Of a stretch of 64,000 nucleotides of DNA, positions 13,604 to 26,780 are shown in pieces; within the stretch, counting starts at the first letter, position 1; each line of letters opens with the position of its first letter. Under the pieces are notes generated by a model. That model was not told the DNA's origin, did not search any database, and saw nothing but the letters and a program-made list of their open reading frames with translations. The DNA is from Diadema antillarum. Its lineage: Eukaryota. Both the position numbers and the translations under genes were made by a program. The stretch is from contig NW_027271058.1 of the NCBI RefSeq assembly GCF_040938485.1, forward strand, positions 434,001 through 498,000, written 5' to 3'.

Positions 13604-16150
13604 TTCTTCTTCTTCTTCTGTAGAAGTGCATCCTTCATTGTTGAAGATCAGCGCACTGCAGAGTCGTGTGCATGCCGTCATGGCACTTTGAGAGAACGGC
13701 CCTTAAAAAGGGGATGGCTAGTAACCGATCAGTGGGAATCAGTGGGAATGCTGAGGGATGATTGTTCCAATCCTTGTGGGATTCATTTAAGAGTACATTA
13801 CATATCTACTGATGTGTGAAAATTATTTGCTTCAGAACGGTCTCATATTCAAGTGATGTGCAGTTTAATGCCCCGTCACTGACCAGGGACGCTTACCTGG
13901 AAGCATTAAACTGCACATTACTTGAATATGAGACCATTCTGAAGCAAATAATTTTCACACAAGAATAGATATATAATGTACTCTTAAATGAATCCCACAA
14001 GGATTGGAACAATAATCCCTCAGCATTCCCACTGATTCCCACTGATCAGTTACTAGCCATCCCCTTTAAGGGCCAATCATTATTTACATAGAGTGAACAA
14101 TATATTGTGCAGTAATATGTACATGACTGTGTAGTGCTGCTAAAAATCATCGACATGACTGGATGCTAGATGAGGGCTTCCCTCAATGCCTTGTTAAAGA
14201 CATCGAGTGATGGGAAGATTGCAGGATCCTTCTTTGGGTTGTTCCATTCTCTGCAGGTGCTGGGAAAGAAGGATGAAGAGATAACTTGTGAGCTGGAGTG
14301 TGGGATCCAGAATCAGCTAGCATGGCCTCTGGTATTTGATGTCAATGGTGTGAGGTGGTCCTTCCAACCAATATCAAATAGGTCAAACCGTATCTTGTAG
14401 AGCATTGCTAGCCGACCTTGTCGACGTCTGCTCTATAGTGTAGGCCAATGAAGATCATTTAGCATGGCGCTGACACTTGATTGGCGGTACTAGTTGTTCA
14501 TGACATATCCTGTACTATTCCGCTGGACCTGCTCAACTTTCTTGATGTTTTGTTGTGTGTGTGTATCCCATGCTACTGCTGCATATTCTATTATGGGTCT
14601 TATGTAGGTCTTGTAGGCTGCTTCTTTGATCTTACGAGGACACCTTCTGAAGTTACGCTGAAGAAAAGCTCGAGTGGAGTTAGCTCTCTTGGAAATTATG
14701 TCGACGTGGTTGTTGAAGTCAAGGTTGCTGTTGATGCAGCTTCTGCAAGAAGTACTCCATGAATGTTAAAGATAGAAGTGACTGGATTGCGTTTCTTGGT
14801 CACACGCAATACTTGACACTTTGCTGGGTTTAAGCGCATGTTCCATGTGCGCTCCCAGGCCTGCAAGTTATCAAGATCGTCTTGGAGTAGTCTCGCATCA
14901 TGGGGAGATGATATCCTCTTGTACAGAGCACAGTCATCTGCGAAGAGCCGAGTTGTAGAGTTGTTAGCACATTACGGAAGATCATTGATGAAGGCTAAGA
15001 AGAGTAAGGGCCCGAGGACACTCCCTTGTGGCACACCAGATGCCACAAGCACCTCTTTGCTGACTTCACCTTCAACCTGGACCTGCTGTGTGCGATCTCT
15101 GAGGAAGTCTCCAACCCACTGCAGAGTACATCCTCTCAAGCTTGTGGAGGAGCAGTCTGTGGGACACCTTACTTCAACCCACTGCAGAGTACACCCTCTC
15201 ACTCCATAGTGTTCAAGCTTGTGGAGGAGCAGTCTGTGGGACACCGTATCAAACGCCTTTGCAAAGTCCAGTAGGATGAGATCAGTCTGCCCTTTGTCCT
15301 CTATTCCTCGTGCTAGATCATTGATGGTCAAGACCAGCTGAGTGTCACATGATCGTCTTTTCCGGAAGCCGTGCAGAGCATCGCATAGGATTTCATGGAC
15401 TGTGAGATGGTTCATGATGGCGCTATGGATGACATGCTCACACAGTTTAGATAGGATGGCAGTTAGGGAGATAGGCCGGTAGTTGGTTGGAGATGACCTG
15501 CTTCCCTTTTTGCAAACGGGAACAATCGACGCCTTCTTCCATGCTGCTGGTACAGTTCCGTGGTCAAGAGAGGCCTAAAACAGAAGTGTAAGTGCTGGAG
15601 CAATACGAGTATCTTCTGCAATTTCTCTAAGAAATCTGGCAGGAATACCATCTGGTCCTGTCGCCTTGTGTGGATTCAGATTCTTGAGTAGCTTGACAAT
15701 CCCCTTGTTGTTGATGGTGATATGGTCCATTGGTGGGTAAGGGGACGGTCCAAGGTCAGGAAGGTTAGGAGTGTCATCACCAGTGAAAACGGATGCAAAC
15801 TGATTATTCAGAATATCAGCCTTCCGAATGGGATCACTGTATTTAACAAGTTCCAATCCTTCAAGGGGGACACAGCAGCTTGGTCGCAGCGTTTTGCCTT
15901 GATGATGGCACCAAGTCTCCTGCCACTAACGCCCGGCTCACTACAGATAATATCACTGATGTATTGGTTGTAGGCCTGGCGGTAAGTAGTTTGGGCTTCC
16001 CTCTTCAGTCTTCGATGCCTCCTCCAGTCCCTATAATCTGTTGGTCCTTTTTGCTTTCTTGTACGATCTTGCTTTCCTCCGACAAATCCTTTTGGTCAAT
16101 GTGTTGTACCAGGGCTGGTTGAAACTGGATGAGCTGAGCTCATCCATCGA
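13604..16150 (-). mobile_element. 5'-truncated CR1-like (Jockey-group) LINE, ORF2/RT pseudogene with 3' UTR and (GAA)n tail
   Basis: RT motifs HGFRKRRSCDTQL, LDFAKAFDTVSH, SGVPQGSVLGPLLFLAFIND, LFADD, WNMRLNPAKC; stops and frameshifts; (GAA)n tail at 13604-13619; 5' end at QPWYN next to a poly-G tract. Confidence 0.92.
13698..14074. mobile_element. Foldback MITE (GGCC termini, Harbinger-like) inserted in the LINE 3' UTR
   Basis: ~170-bp near-perfect inverted arms: ggcccttaaa..ggggatggctagtaac / gttactagccatcccctttaagggcc; TSD not resolved. Confidence 0.85.
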
Positions 16151-19100
16151 GGGGGGGGGGGGGGGGGGGGGGCGGAGGGGGGCTGATACACTGTATCCAT
16201 TACAAATGAAACCGTATTACCATACATTCACATCCACAGTTACTACAATAGCAAGGAACTAGTCCCCGTGCAACTTCGACTCAATTAAGTTCCCGCTCTT
16301 ACGTCATAACACGCTTGTTTGCAATGGAGTAGATATCATCACGTCATTGTATGTCCCTTCCTAGACCCGATATTAATTTGTTACTCGACAAACTTCAATG
16401 TCCAATATCTCATTTCCTTCTTCAGAATCCAAAATAACAGGAAATGGAAACAGAAATGGAAAGAGCAACGTTGCTTTTGACGCATGCATATACACAGCAT
16501 TTGACTCTTTTTCTTATCTGTACTATGGATTTAATCAGCATTCTCTCCTCATTAATGAACCCGCGTACACTCACACCATGTTTCGCAGCCCGCCTTTCCA
16601 AGAATATGCAGATTAAAGGAACCATAATGCAAACAGCCATGTTGCGTTTTGACATCACTTATATTTATGTTGCCGAATGAATATCTAGATAGTGACATAT
16701 GTTTTATCATATTTTTTCTTCTACTTTGTTTGGATTACTTGGATGCACCTACAAAAAAAGCAACCCAACAACAACCACCTCTAAACCAATATTCTGTCAG
16801 TGACGTCAATGATTAACAAGAGACACTGGAATGTACCTTTCCCTAGACCGAACATAACTTCCATGTTTCCATGATACTATGATCAGCGAAATACAATTAT
16901 GCCCGGTATAGGGAAAGGTGTTTTCCAATGCCTTTTTTATTGTATAAGTACAGTTTTTCATATTACATTGTTGATCATAATAGTGTAGCAATGATTGATA
17001 GATGATGTCACAGTCAGAATCTTGGTTTGGAAGAGTTTCTTTCTATCCATGTATAGCTGTATAGTCTGAAGAAAAATAGCAGAAATGTCACTATAAATTA
17101 CGTGACACATAATTTTATTAAGATATTTTCTTTGCCACATAAGTGATCATCAGGATGTCGTAAAATCAATACAAGTCAACGTGCATTTTGTATTGTATAC
17201 AGTTCCTGGGCTGAGCTGTCGGCAAATTATAATGTATACAATACACGTTTACATTCCTCATCACAATGAGTGAAAATACCAAAATGATCTTAAAATAGTG
17301 GGGATGGGCAAGTACATTTCCGCAGTACCAAGTGTGAGATATATGGTATTTTATTTCAGTCCTCTTGAGAGCACGCAAGGTTTATTTCCGCGTGAAAGCC
17401 TAGTTCAAGTAGCAGCCATCATCATGAAAATAGAAACCAGCTCTGAATACATTAACGCTTCGAAGTCATTCTCCAGGTTTGTATCGGAGTCATTGTCCAC
17501 CGGCCACTCTTCACCAGTGCTCGCATGCTTGAATAACAAAGGAAGTTATAGAAGGAAAGCAAAAGTGGTCAGATAGATAGGTACGTCTATAAGGGTGGGA
17601 AGAATGGCAGAAGGCTGTGTGCGTGCGTGCGTTGTGAGCAAAGAGATTTTATAGTGGTGTAATCTCTTTGGTTGTGAGTATGATTGTGTGTGCGCGCGTG
17701 CACACCAACGATAGAGCGCGTTATACAGACTGCTTGACAAAGGGCAGAACAGAGAGTACTCTTCAGAAAAGTTTTCCTCGGAAGACGTCCTTGAAAGAAA
17801 TATCCATTCCTGTTGTATCTCATTTTTCTGCCTCCGCCACAAAATGTCGCCGGATTTACCATTTCTGAGATGGCAATTCCGACATCTGAGTGTTCAAATC
17901 TAAAAATTTTGAGTGTCCAAATCTAACATTTAACACAAAGTTGTACTAGTGACAACATTAAAAATGTTGATTAAAACATTAAAAATGTTGATTTACCGAT
18001 TTACCATTTCATAGTTTAGAGTGTAGGGAAAGCTTTGGTCCAAGGGCTAAAAGGTCATGGGTCATAAGTAAGTCTGTGCAATCATGTAAAACTCGTCACA
18101 CAGTGCCCACAAGTCATGTACTGGGGACCTATTGGGATGAGAGTAATGCGACAAAGCGGAGGCATATACCAGTTGCCAGAGCGACATTTCCAGTTTTCCT
18201 ATAGAAATATACATCATTAGTAATCATATAGCACGACTTCTGGAACGTGTGAAAGCCACGGTCCGCCGAAGATGAAGCAGCGGATCCGCGGGACCGTTAA
18301 TGGCCGGGCGGTCGGCAGCCGCGAAGTGTAGACTTCCTCCTCAACTTCCGCGAAGCCGCGTTGAATTTTGGTATCAAACAGGTCGTATGTACAATTATAA
18401 ACCCAATATCTGGGAACAAAAGGAAAAGCGAAAGAGACGTGTGGCCCAGTGATCGACAGAGAGCTGGTGACATCGCGAGAGCTGTAATAACAATCTCGCG
18501 CTGATTCCCATGATACAATCACACATGATATCCTTTGACTGCTTTTTTTCCTTCCAGTGTTTACTGTTTGGGAAGCAGCAACCACGATAACAAACAAGGA
18601 AGATGAATAGGGCGTCTATAACCTGTTTCAATCACGAGTAATGAGCGATTGTGGTTTGATCACAAGTTCGCCAACACCTTGCTCGTCTTAAATATTGTTG
18701 TTGTTTTTTGTCCTAGTATCGCATAATCAGCGCAGTATAGTGGGCCATATCATAGCCGTTTAGTGGAATCCGTTGCTTAAAGTACTTGTTTGGAAACGCA
18801 CCTGTACAGGCAACCATCAAGAGCAGGTGTGTACACACAGTAACACGCATACATCTTTCCAGATGTCCTCGTCAAATATCTGATCGTTTGTTGGTTTTGT
18901 ATTTGTTTTGTTTTTAGTCAGTTGAGAACCCATTTTTCTATGAAGACATGTTGCTGGCAATTAAGGACACGCATGAACATCGATTTGTAGAAATCACTGA
19001 AGTATCTGTAAATGAGATACATAGAAAACAAAGAAAACTTTAATCTCATCCAACCGTTTTCTTTCAGCGTAGTCCTCATTGTCCTCTTCCGTCCCCTCCG

Positions 19101-21637
19101 ACGTTCTTCCTCTTATCTTTTCTTCTTTTTTCATCTCGTCTTATCAATCTCCTTCCTTCCTTTCCCTTTTTTTTTTTTTTTGGGGGGGGGGGGGGTGTTT
19201 TTGCCTTTTCAATTCGAAAGACCAGTTTGCAGCGCGTAATAATGACTGGTAGAAATTCGTGACTCAACACCGTACTGTACGTATACCACACAGTAGCCAC
19301 TCTATAAAAGAAGGGAGGTGTGGGCTCTCACACCTCCCTGATAAAAGTTAAAAACATAGTCATGGCTGCATCTTCAAGATGACATTGTATGGCATCGTTT
19401 CAAGAAAGTTGTCAGCTCTGACAGTAAAATCGTTGGTTTTGATTGGCAGAGAAGTTCCGATCACTAACTGTTACTAATAGTAATAGTATGGTTATTGTCA
19501 GAAATTGATAACTTGTGGCGCTGACAAGTTTCGTGAAACGGTGCCCACAGGACTACTAAAAACATGGAAAAAAAAAGAACAAGACCAAAATGTGAATCGG
19601 CACTACACAGAAAGGTGAGAGAAGAAATGATACCGGAAAGATCAGTTAAAGACGAAACATATATATATAACATATACAAGTGTATATATATATTATGGTT
19701 GAAAAATTTATCGTTTGTGGAATATGAGTCACGGGAGAAAATGAAAGAAATGAACGCAAACAAAAGCAAAAATATACATTTGTCTATATTTTATATGTCT
19801 GTTTATTGGAAAATAAAATCTCATTGACGGTGTACTGTATATTCTCACAAGTATAGAAGACATGAAACGTTGGCTTTCTCTTTAATTTCAATATTCAACC
19901 GAATTCTCATCGTTCGTATTTTGACATACATGTACTATACAACGAAAAACATACTCGATGTACATTTACATACATGTCGCATAATTATAATTCTTATCAA
20001 ATTATAGGCAAAAGGACTCTAAATCCATTTACAGATTTAACATCCTTGTTTGCGGTTCGAAACTGACCTGATACTAATTTTCCGACTTCATTCATATAAT
20101 GGAAGGGCCACTCGCGCAAACGGAAAGCTACGCTCGTTTTCGTTATACGCAATTTGACAAAATACAACTGCATAGTTTTCCTTAACCATTAACAGACCTA
20201 GGATATTGTACCAGTATACAAGGGGAAATAAACATGGGTGTCAGCCACGTTACATTACCTTTATATGTTTATCAAAGCGGTGTACACGATGATAAACGTA
20301 TAATACATATTTTCTTTTTTAATGTTTCCTTCATCTTTACTGACTTCATTCTCAAATCAACATCAACAATGTGATAAATCACTTAAAGTTCAACCGACTA
20401 AACAATACTAACAAGTCAATACTTTTAATATGCATTACATTCCACATAAAAATATGCATTATATTCCATCTGAAATGCTGACAAGTAAAATGACATTTCA
20501 CTTGAATTTGTAAAGATATAACGCATATTTCACCTTGAAGGTATGTGCCAAAAATAGTACATTGTACAACTCAAGAACGATATAACATACGCACACACGC
20601 ACGCGCGCACACACACACACACACGCACTCATGCACATACTATTCGCTTGAAGTACTGGTTCCTGATTCTAAACCTTGCATTAAAAATAAAAATAAATGA
20701 AATAGAAACAAACTGCGCAGAGCACGTGGAAGCCAATGACATTACATGTCCCAAGGTTCATCACGAGATGTTTTAAAAGTTTTGAAATGACTCGGTCACA
20801 TTTTTCATAAGTTATCTAAAACTTGACAAAAAGGGCATTACAAACAAAACATACTCAATAAAACAAGAGAGTCGTATTGCACTCTTACGTCTAAATGTGT
20901 TTTTATCAAACATATACATTGCACTGCGAACTACATCTTTTAATGTATGTGTGAGTGACGCTGATGGGTGTAACGGAGGCCGTTGGCGAAAAGGAATGTA
21001 GTACGCGACTGTTTGATCAAATTGGCGATGTCCATGACGTCACAGGCCTTCGCATTTTCCACATCTCACCTACTGAAATAGTAGCAAAAAAAAAAAAAAA
21101 AAAACTTATAGAAAGGCAAATTGCGATAATCACACATTGCTACTGAGCACATGCCAAAACCTTTTATGATTGTCGTGTGGCAGTTTACCTGGTGGGTCGC
21201 AGCAGACGACACGGACAACCGAAATTTTAACAAAAAAGAACATAGACAACCTACGTCGTAAGAGGGCGCACTTATCATCCAGGTCCCTTCATGAGTGGGA
21301 CTCTACCGTGTATCCCAACAACTTTTTGTGAGTGTCAAACCTATCCACGTGTCATGCATTTCTACAGTCACTATCAGCAGATTTGTATATCGGAAGCACC
21401 GTATGCAGAGATATGCACCCCTTTATGAGGACGCCACTATGAATATCAGACGTTTTAAGCCTCCGGCATTTGCCACGTCTTCATAAAAGTCGGACTAGTG
21501 AATTACCTTTGCCGAGTTTATCACCGTACGAAGCTGTAATTAATGTATTTCATTTCACACATTTCAAATCATAAATGGCAGCTTTAAAAAAAAAAAAAAT
21601 ATCATTTCTGACTATGGAATACTGACCATACTGACGG

Positions 21638-21767
21638 NNNNNNNNNNNNNNNNNNNNNNNNNNNNNNNNNNNNNNNNNNNNNNNNNNNNNNNNNNNNNNN
21701 NNNNNNNNNNNNNNNNNNNNNNNNNNNNNNNNNNNNNNNNNNNNNNNNNNNNNNNNNNNNNNNNNNN
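21638..21767. other. Assembly gap
   Basis: N run. Confidence 1.
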
Positions 21768-22457
21768 GAAATAAAAGAACAAGCAGAAGAAAAAGATGAT
21801 GACGATGATGACAACGTTGACGATGACGATGATAATGACGTTGACTAATCTATCTTGGCTGATGTGATGGGATGGTAGAAATTGACGCACGCTGCCTCAC
21901 TGTTGGTCAAGGCTATTGGTAGTCTCATCCATGTAGTCCCAATCCTCAAAATCCTGTACGAAATGTATATACGAAAAATAAAGTGCCTCATGTAGAAATA
22001 ACACTTTAGTCAACTATGGAATGAACTTTTGGTCTCGTGAATTTTGAAAATGTTATGGCCTGAAAGGAAGGTTACATTTTGTTATACCGAAGGTTCGTTA
22101 ATCCAAAAATGAAATAAGGTTCTTATTCCGGAGGTGATTTAATCCGAAAATTAAATAAGCTCATTAATCCGAAAATAAAAACAAATTAAAAAAAGCCAAG
22201 GTTCGTTAGTCCGAAGGTTCGTTATTCCGAAAACGAAATAAGGTTCGTAAATTCCGAAGATTCGTTAATACGCGCCGTCTTTACATTTTTCGGAGAAACG
22301 AACCTTTGGAAAACGAACATCACCTCATACACTATATCAGTGAAAGTCTTCATGAGAGCAGTTGTTCGTCTCTACATTAATGAACCACGAATGAGCTTAG
22401 TAAGGTTGGAAATGACATGGAAAAATAAAATAGACAGAAGTTACATACCACACCAGT

Positions 22458-22506
<49 letters not shown>

Positions 22507-22738
22507 ACACACACAAACGCGCACACATACACACACAAACAAAATGACAGTTACCATCATATGCAAATCACTGCCACAACCTCTATAGCAATATAATGGA
22601 ATGGTCCTAGTTATAGTTTTGAAATGCTCATTTTTCTGATGTTCCAAATGTTCCTTTAAAAAAAGAACAAGAAAACCGCAGCATACTGAATGAAATTACA
22701 TGTACATGTATAACAGAAACCTTACATGACATTTGATT

Positions 22739-22882
22739 ACAGTGCACTCCCGTTATAACGAACACGGTTATAGCGAAATTTCGGTTACAACGAAGTAAAA
22801 AATTCAGGCCGCAACATTATCCACTCTATGCTTTTTTTTTAAATTATTTATTTGTTCGGTTATAACGAAATTTCGATATAAG
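22739..22882 (+). mobile_element. Left part of a Tc1/pogo-like MITE
   Basis: ta|cagtgcactcccgttataacgaa followed by repeated ataacgaaattt motifs; right end missing. Confidence 0.55.
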
Positions 22883-23269
22883 ACCGGTCATTATCGCCTC
22901 GTTAATCAATGTGATTGTTATTACCAAAATCCCTGTTTTGCGAAAGCATGCGGTTTTTCTACATTCTATGCAGTACTTTTTCTACGTCCAGGTGCAAAGG
23001 AGTTTTCAATGCTCTGATGCATTGATTTTAATCTTACGGTCTCATTAAAGTCTAGAAGGAGGTGAACTGATGTCCTGATTACGCTAATCGTAACGGAAGT
23101 GATCGGATCTTCTTACTTGTGCTTTCTAGTCGCTTTATTGCTATAGTGTGTGAGTGTGTCAATCGTGGACATAACTCTAGATTTTACCACTGTTGCTCTT
23201 TACCTCCCCTCCCCCTGCCCCCCCCCCCTGCCCCCCCCCCCCCCCCCCCCCCCCCAACTGACACCACAA

Positions 23270-24031
23270 ATATGTGTAAGCATTTTGTCGTACTCCACGA
23301 ACTACGTTCGTCACACGAGTACAAATCCGTTACTTTCGAGGATCCTACTATTCCTAGTAGACACTATACATTGCATCACAAGTTCAAGTATAGGCAATGT
23401 GTTAACAACGTATATTCCTGCTTTTTACATTTGGGGATCCCGCGCAACATTATTTTTGGCTCTCAACTTGGAGACACCAGCAACAAACAAGAAAAAAAAA
23501 ATGGAGTCGAAAAGGAGCATGAGACATCCTTCGGAGATATTTTAAGAGCAAGAAGGACACAAAGGTTGACTGACTGACAAATCAGGAAGATTTAAGTCAA
23601 AGATTTTGCACGAACTTATCTTCAACAACATTACGCGGCGATCACTGCTAATGACAGCTAAAGGCGACTGTTATGTAGGTGTGGTCGATAGAAAACAGGG
23701 TAGGCCTGTTTTTATGGATTATATCTCGAAGGTTTATGGAAGCCCTAGATTGCCCTAGATTTACGAACATTGCCAATGTTCTTGTTACACTTGCTTTGCT
23801 GTTGATGATGACAATGTCATAACAGCGTTCTAGATTTCTCGTAGTGGCTTCGCTTGAAGACTCTCGGTGTTTGTGAGCGAAAATGCCAGAAAAGTGCGAT
23901 ATCGCATGATGATCAGAATCCGTCATTACTTGCATTACTAGTCTGGCTTCACGGCGCCCCAAGATTCTTCCGGGAGCTTTTGTTACGCTCCGGTACATAT
24001 TTATGGTTATGTGATGGTCTGTGCTTTCTGA
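23270..24031 (+). pseudogene. Possible decayed NHL/beta-propeller (TRIM-like) coding fragment
   Basis: One frame reads LTDKSGRFKSKI..MTAKGDCYVGVVDRK..FAVDDDNVITAF*..RLSVF..SGSFCYAPVHIYGYVMVCAF, interrupted by TAG/TGA stops; resemblance judged by eye only. Confidence 0.3.
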
Positions 24032-24618
24032 GTTGCGTACCATCCATATCACGCTCACTGATTTCAAATGACACGAATATCCATGTATTATGTATTGACG
24101 ATTGGGGCTCATGATTACTGAATCAGATTAAACACCGGTTCTTGAAGTAGACATTCTGAAGGTTACATCAGTATACTAGAGATAGATACCAAGAAGATAT
24201 CTCTATGGTTACATCACATGTCCGCATTATATAGCCTCTATAAAATAATTACGTTTTTCAACGTGCGAGTTGTGCTTGGGATTCTGTGTTGTGTGAAAGT
24301 TTGCGCGGTGATGTAAGTGAAGAAGAGATGTTGACGGTAACACCACGTGTATGGAGTCCGTGAAAGGACTGTCGACTGGAAAAAGAAGAAGCGAGAGAGA
24401 AAAGAGTTGGGAAGGGAAACGACTCAGGGAGAGAGTGTAAGGAAATCATAGTGACAGTCGGGGCAGCGATGAGCTGGAAGTTGAAGTTGCACTGGTGGAG
24501 AAGGGAGCATAGGAGAAAGGGACAGTAATAAGGAAGAATGGAGTGAGAATCGGATACAGGGTTGGGATGACTGTGGGAGGAGAAAGATGAGTCAAATAGG
24601 AGGGAGAGGAGAGGTAAG

Positions 24619-24773
24619 CAGTGGCGGATCCAAGGGGAGCGCACCGGGCGCCCCCCCCCTCCTCTTTATTTTTTGTTAAAACAAAAGAAATAAAAAAAGG
24701 GGAGGGGTGCCTGCGCCCAACATTAATTTTGTAAAGGCGCCCCCTCTTTACGGAATTCCTGGATCCGCCCCTA
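24619..24773. mobile_element. MITE with 5-bp TSD (hAT5-like)
   Basis: Termini cagtggcggatcc / ggatccgccccta; TSD gtaag on both sides. Confidence 0.85.
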
Positions 24774-24927
24774 GTAAGAAGAAGGCAAGAAAATCATGGA
24801 GATAAGAGAGAGAAGTGAAGATGTAAAATTCCGAACGATGAATCACGAAACGAGCCAAGAGAAAATGAATCGGTTAGCGATGCGGACTACTGTGGAACGC
24901 GGAATCAAACCTACCGGTACGAAAAAT

Positions 24928-25136
24928 GGTGACACATTGTGCTCCTGCGACAATATTGTTCCGGTGTTCTTTTCTCCAAGGACTTTAAGGTTAGGGTTGT
25001 GATAGGGTTTTAAGTTTAGTTTGATGTGAGGATTAGGATTAGGGTTAGGGTCATGTTTGTGGGTAGAATTAATGTTTGGCTTAGCGTGCAGATATTTCAG
25101 GGGAGAAATCGTCGCAGGAGCAAATGTCATGGAACC
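24928..25136. mobile_element. Second copy (opposite orientation) of the MULE-like telomere-repeat MITE
   Basis: Colinear with the reverse complement of 47570-47783; internal ttagggttaggg. Confidence 0.8.
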
Positions 25137-25794
25137 GTAAAGTGAGTGAGGTGGGTGTGGTGTGAGTTGATCCTATTGAGGACTCGTGTAGGGAAAGAGC
25201 TTCGTATTTTTGATGGAATCTTATTGGTCTTGTAAACTGAAGTGAGCATACGCGTGCCTCAAAGTGTGCAACCTGACTGGAGTGCATTCAGGCGAATGGA
25301 TAGATCACACTGCGAGTACCTCATTCATTCCAGCCACTGGCCCGTGGGGTAATACTAGTAGACCTACTACGTCATTATGAAGAGTGTTGACAACCGCTGA
25401 GAACGTACAGAAAATGAGAATGCAGCACATGCGAACCCTGTCTCAACGTACACAAATACGAGATTTCGTTCGTAGGAGAGCATTTTACGAGTGCAGTCGT
25501 CATTACTGCCCTTATCAACTTTGTCTGTTCTTGATGATTTGGTTACAAGAAAATTCTCGCGGTTCCGACTCTCGCTGAAACGGGGTTTGCCTAGATACAA
25601 GTATCATCGTTATCGTTCTCATCATTAGGTGACGGTGCACATGTCTGTGGGATGCACGAAATTCTAGGACTACGATGTCGGTACTGGAACTGAGAGAAGG
25701 TGACAGCTAGCCAGACTTTTGTTTTATGACTGACAAGAAGATAGACAGTTAGAAAACACAGGACAGAATGATTTAGTATCTTAAAGCATTCATA

Positions 25795-25800
25795 TTTATT
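25795..25800 (-). terminator. Candidate distal polyadenylation signal (AATAAA) of the CLC gene
   Basis: tttatt on + strand; a GU/U-rich tract follows downstream on the - strand (~25730-25770). Confidence 0.35.
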
Positions 25801-25907
25801 AGTACAGCTTTAAAACAATTACTGTTAATAAGGTGTGATATACAACAAGGCATGGATGAAAATAATGTATTAATGACAGCTCTGTATAATATGAAGTGCT
25901 TTAGTAA

Positions 25908-26780
25908 GGTAGGAGCCCACTTTTGTTAACGTTTTCACAATACACCCCCAAATTCATCCATAGATAAAACTTGGTAGCATGCTGTGAATTAATATCAGTT
26001 TGATTGAGCTATACAAGCTAACATCTTCCTCCATTTTGATGTAACTTTTCTTTGCATGGTAGATGCATCCTCTTAGCATGAAAAAAATAATAATTGGTCC
26101 AAATACATCCCAATCATGGCAGAATTTTATGATATGTCACACTACACATCATGAGTTTACCTCTGGCTGTTGATTAAAGGACAAGTCTACCTTTATATAC
26201 ATGTGGATTGAGTGAATGCAGCAATATTAGTAGAACACATCAGTGAGAGTTGGAGCAAAATCGGACAATCCGTTCAAAAGTTATGAATTTTTGAAGTTTC
26301 TGCTCAGTCACGGCTGGATGAAAAGACTACTATAGCTTGTGATGTCACATGAGTACAACGATATAAAGAAAGAATAAAGAAAATTCAAGATCTTTCTATT
26401 TTTCTCGCTTAACAAAAGAACACTCGACTTCTCTCTTTCAGAAGGCAGGGGGAATAATATTACCCTTAACATACGTCAGTAGCAAGTGGAAGAAATGTGC
26501 ACTTTATTCAAAAAGTAAAGTTTTGTGAAATTCTCTTTTTATTTTCCTTGTATAGTTGTACGCATGTGACATCATACACTGTAGTAGTCTTCTCTTCCAG
26601 CAGTGACTGCGCAGATACTTAAAATATTCGTAACTTTTGAATGGATTGTCCAATTTTCCTCAAACTTTCACTAATGTGTTCTACTAATATTGCTGCATTC
26701 TCTCAATCCTTATGTATATGAAGGTGGACTTGTCCTTTAATCAACGTCTCTTGAGACACATTGTAATATGGGCTCCTTCC
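25908..26780. mobile_element. Older MITE hosting the Kolobok-like element
   Basis: Termini aaggtaggagccca / tgggctccttcctt. Confidence 0.6.
26178..26735. mobile_element. Kolobok-like MITE (TTAA TSD, AGG termini, ~200-bp inverted arms)
   Basis: ttaa|aggacaagtctacct ... aggtggacttgtcct|ttaa; long subterminal inverted homology. Confidence 0.88.

Noticed and set aside
16398-17576. Exon-like segments (acceptor near 16425 on +; HASTGEEWPVDND...MMMAAT* near 17400-17530 on -)
   Set aside because: They could not be linked into a phase-consistent gene model and match no family I recognise.
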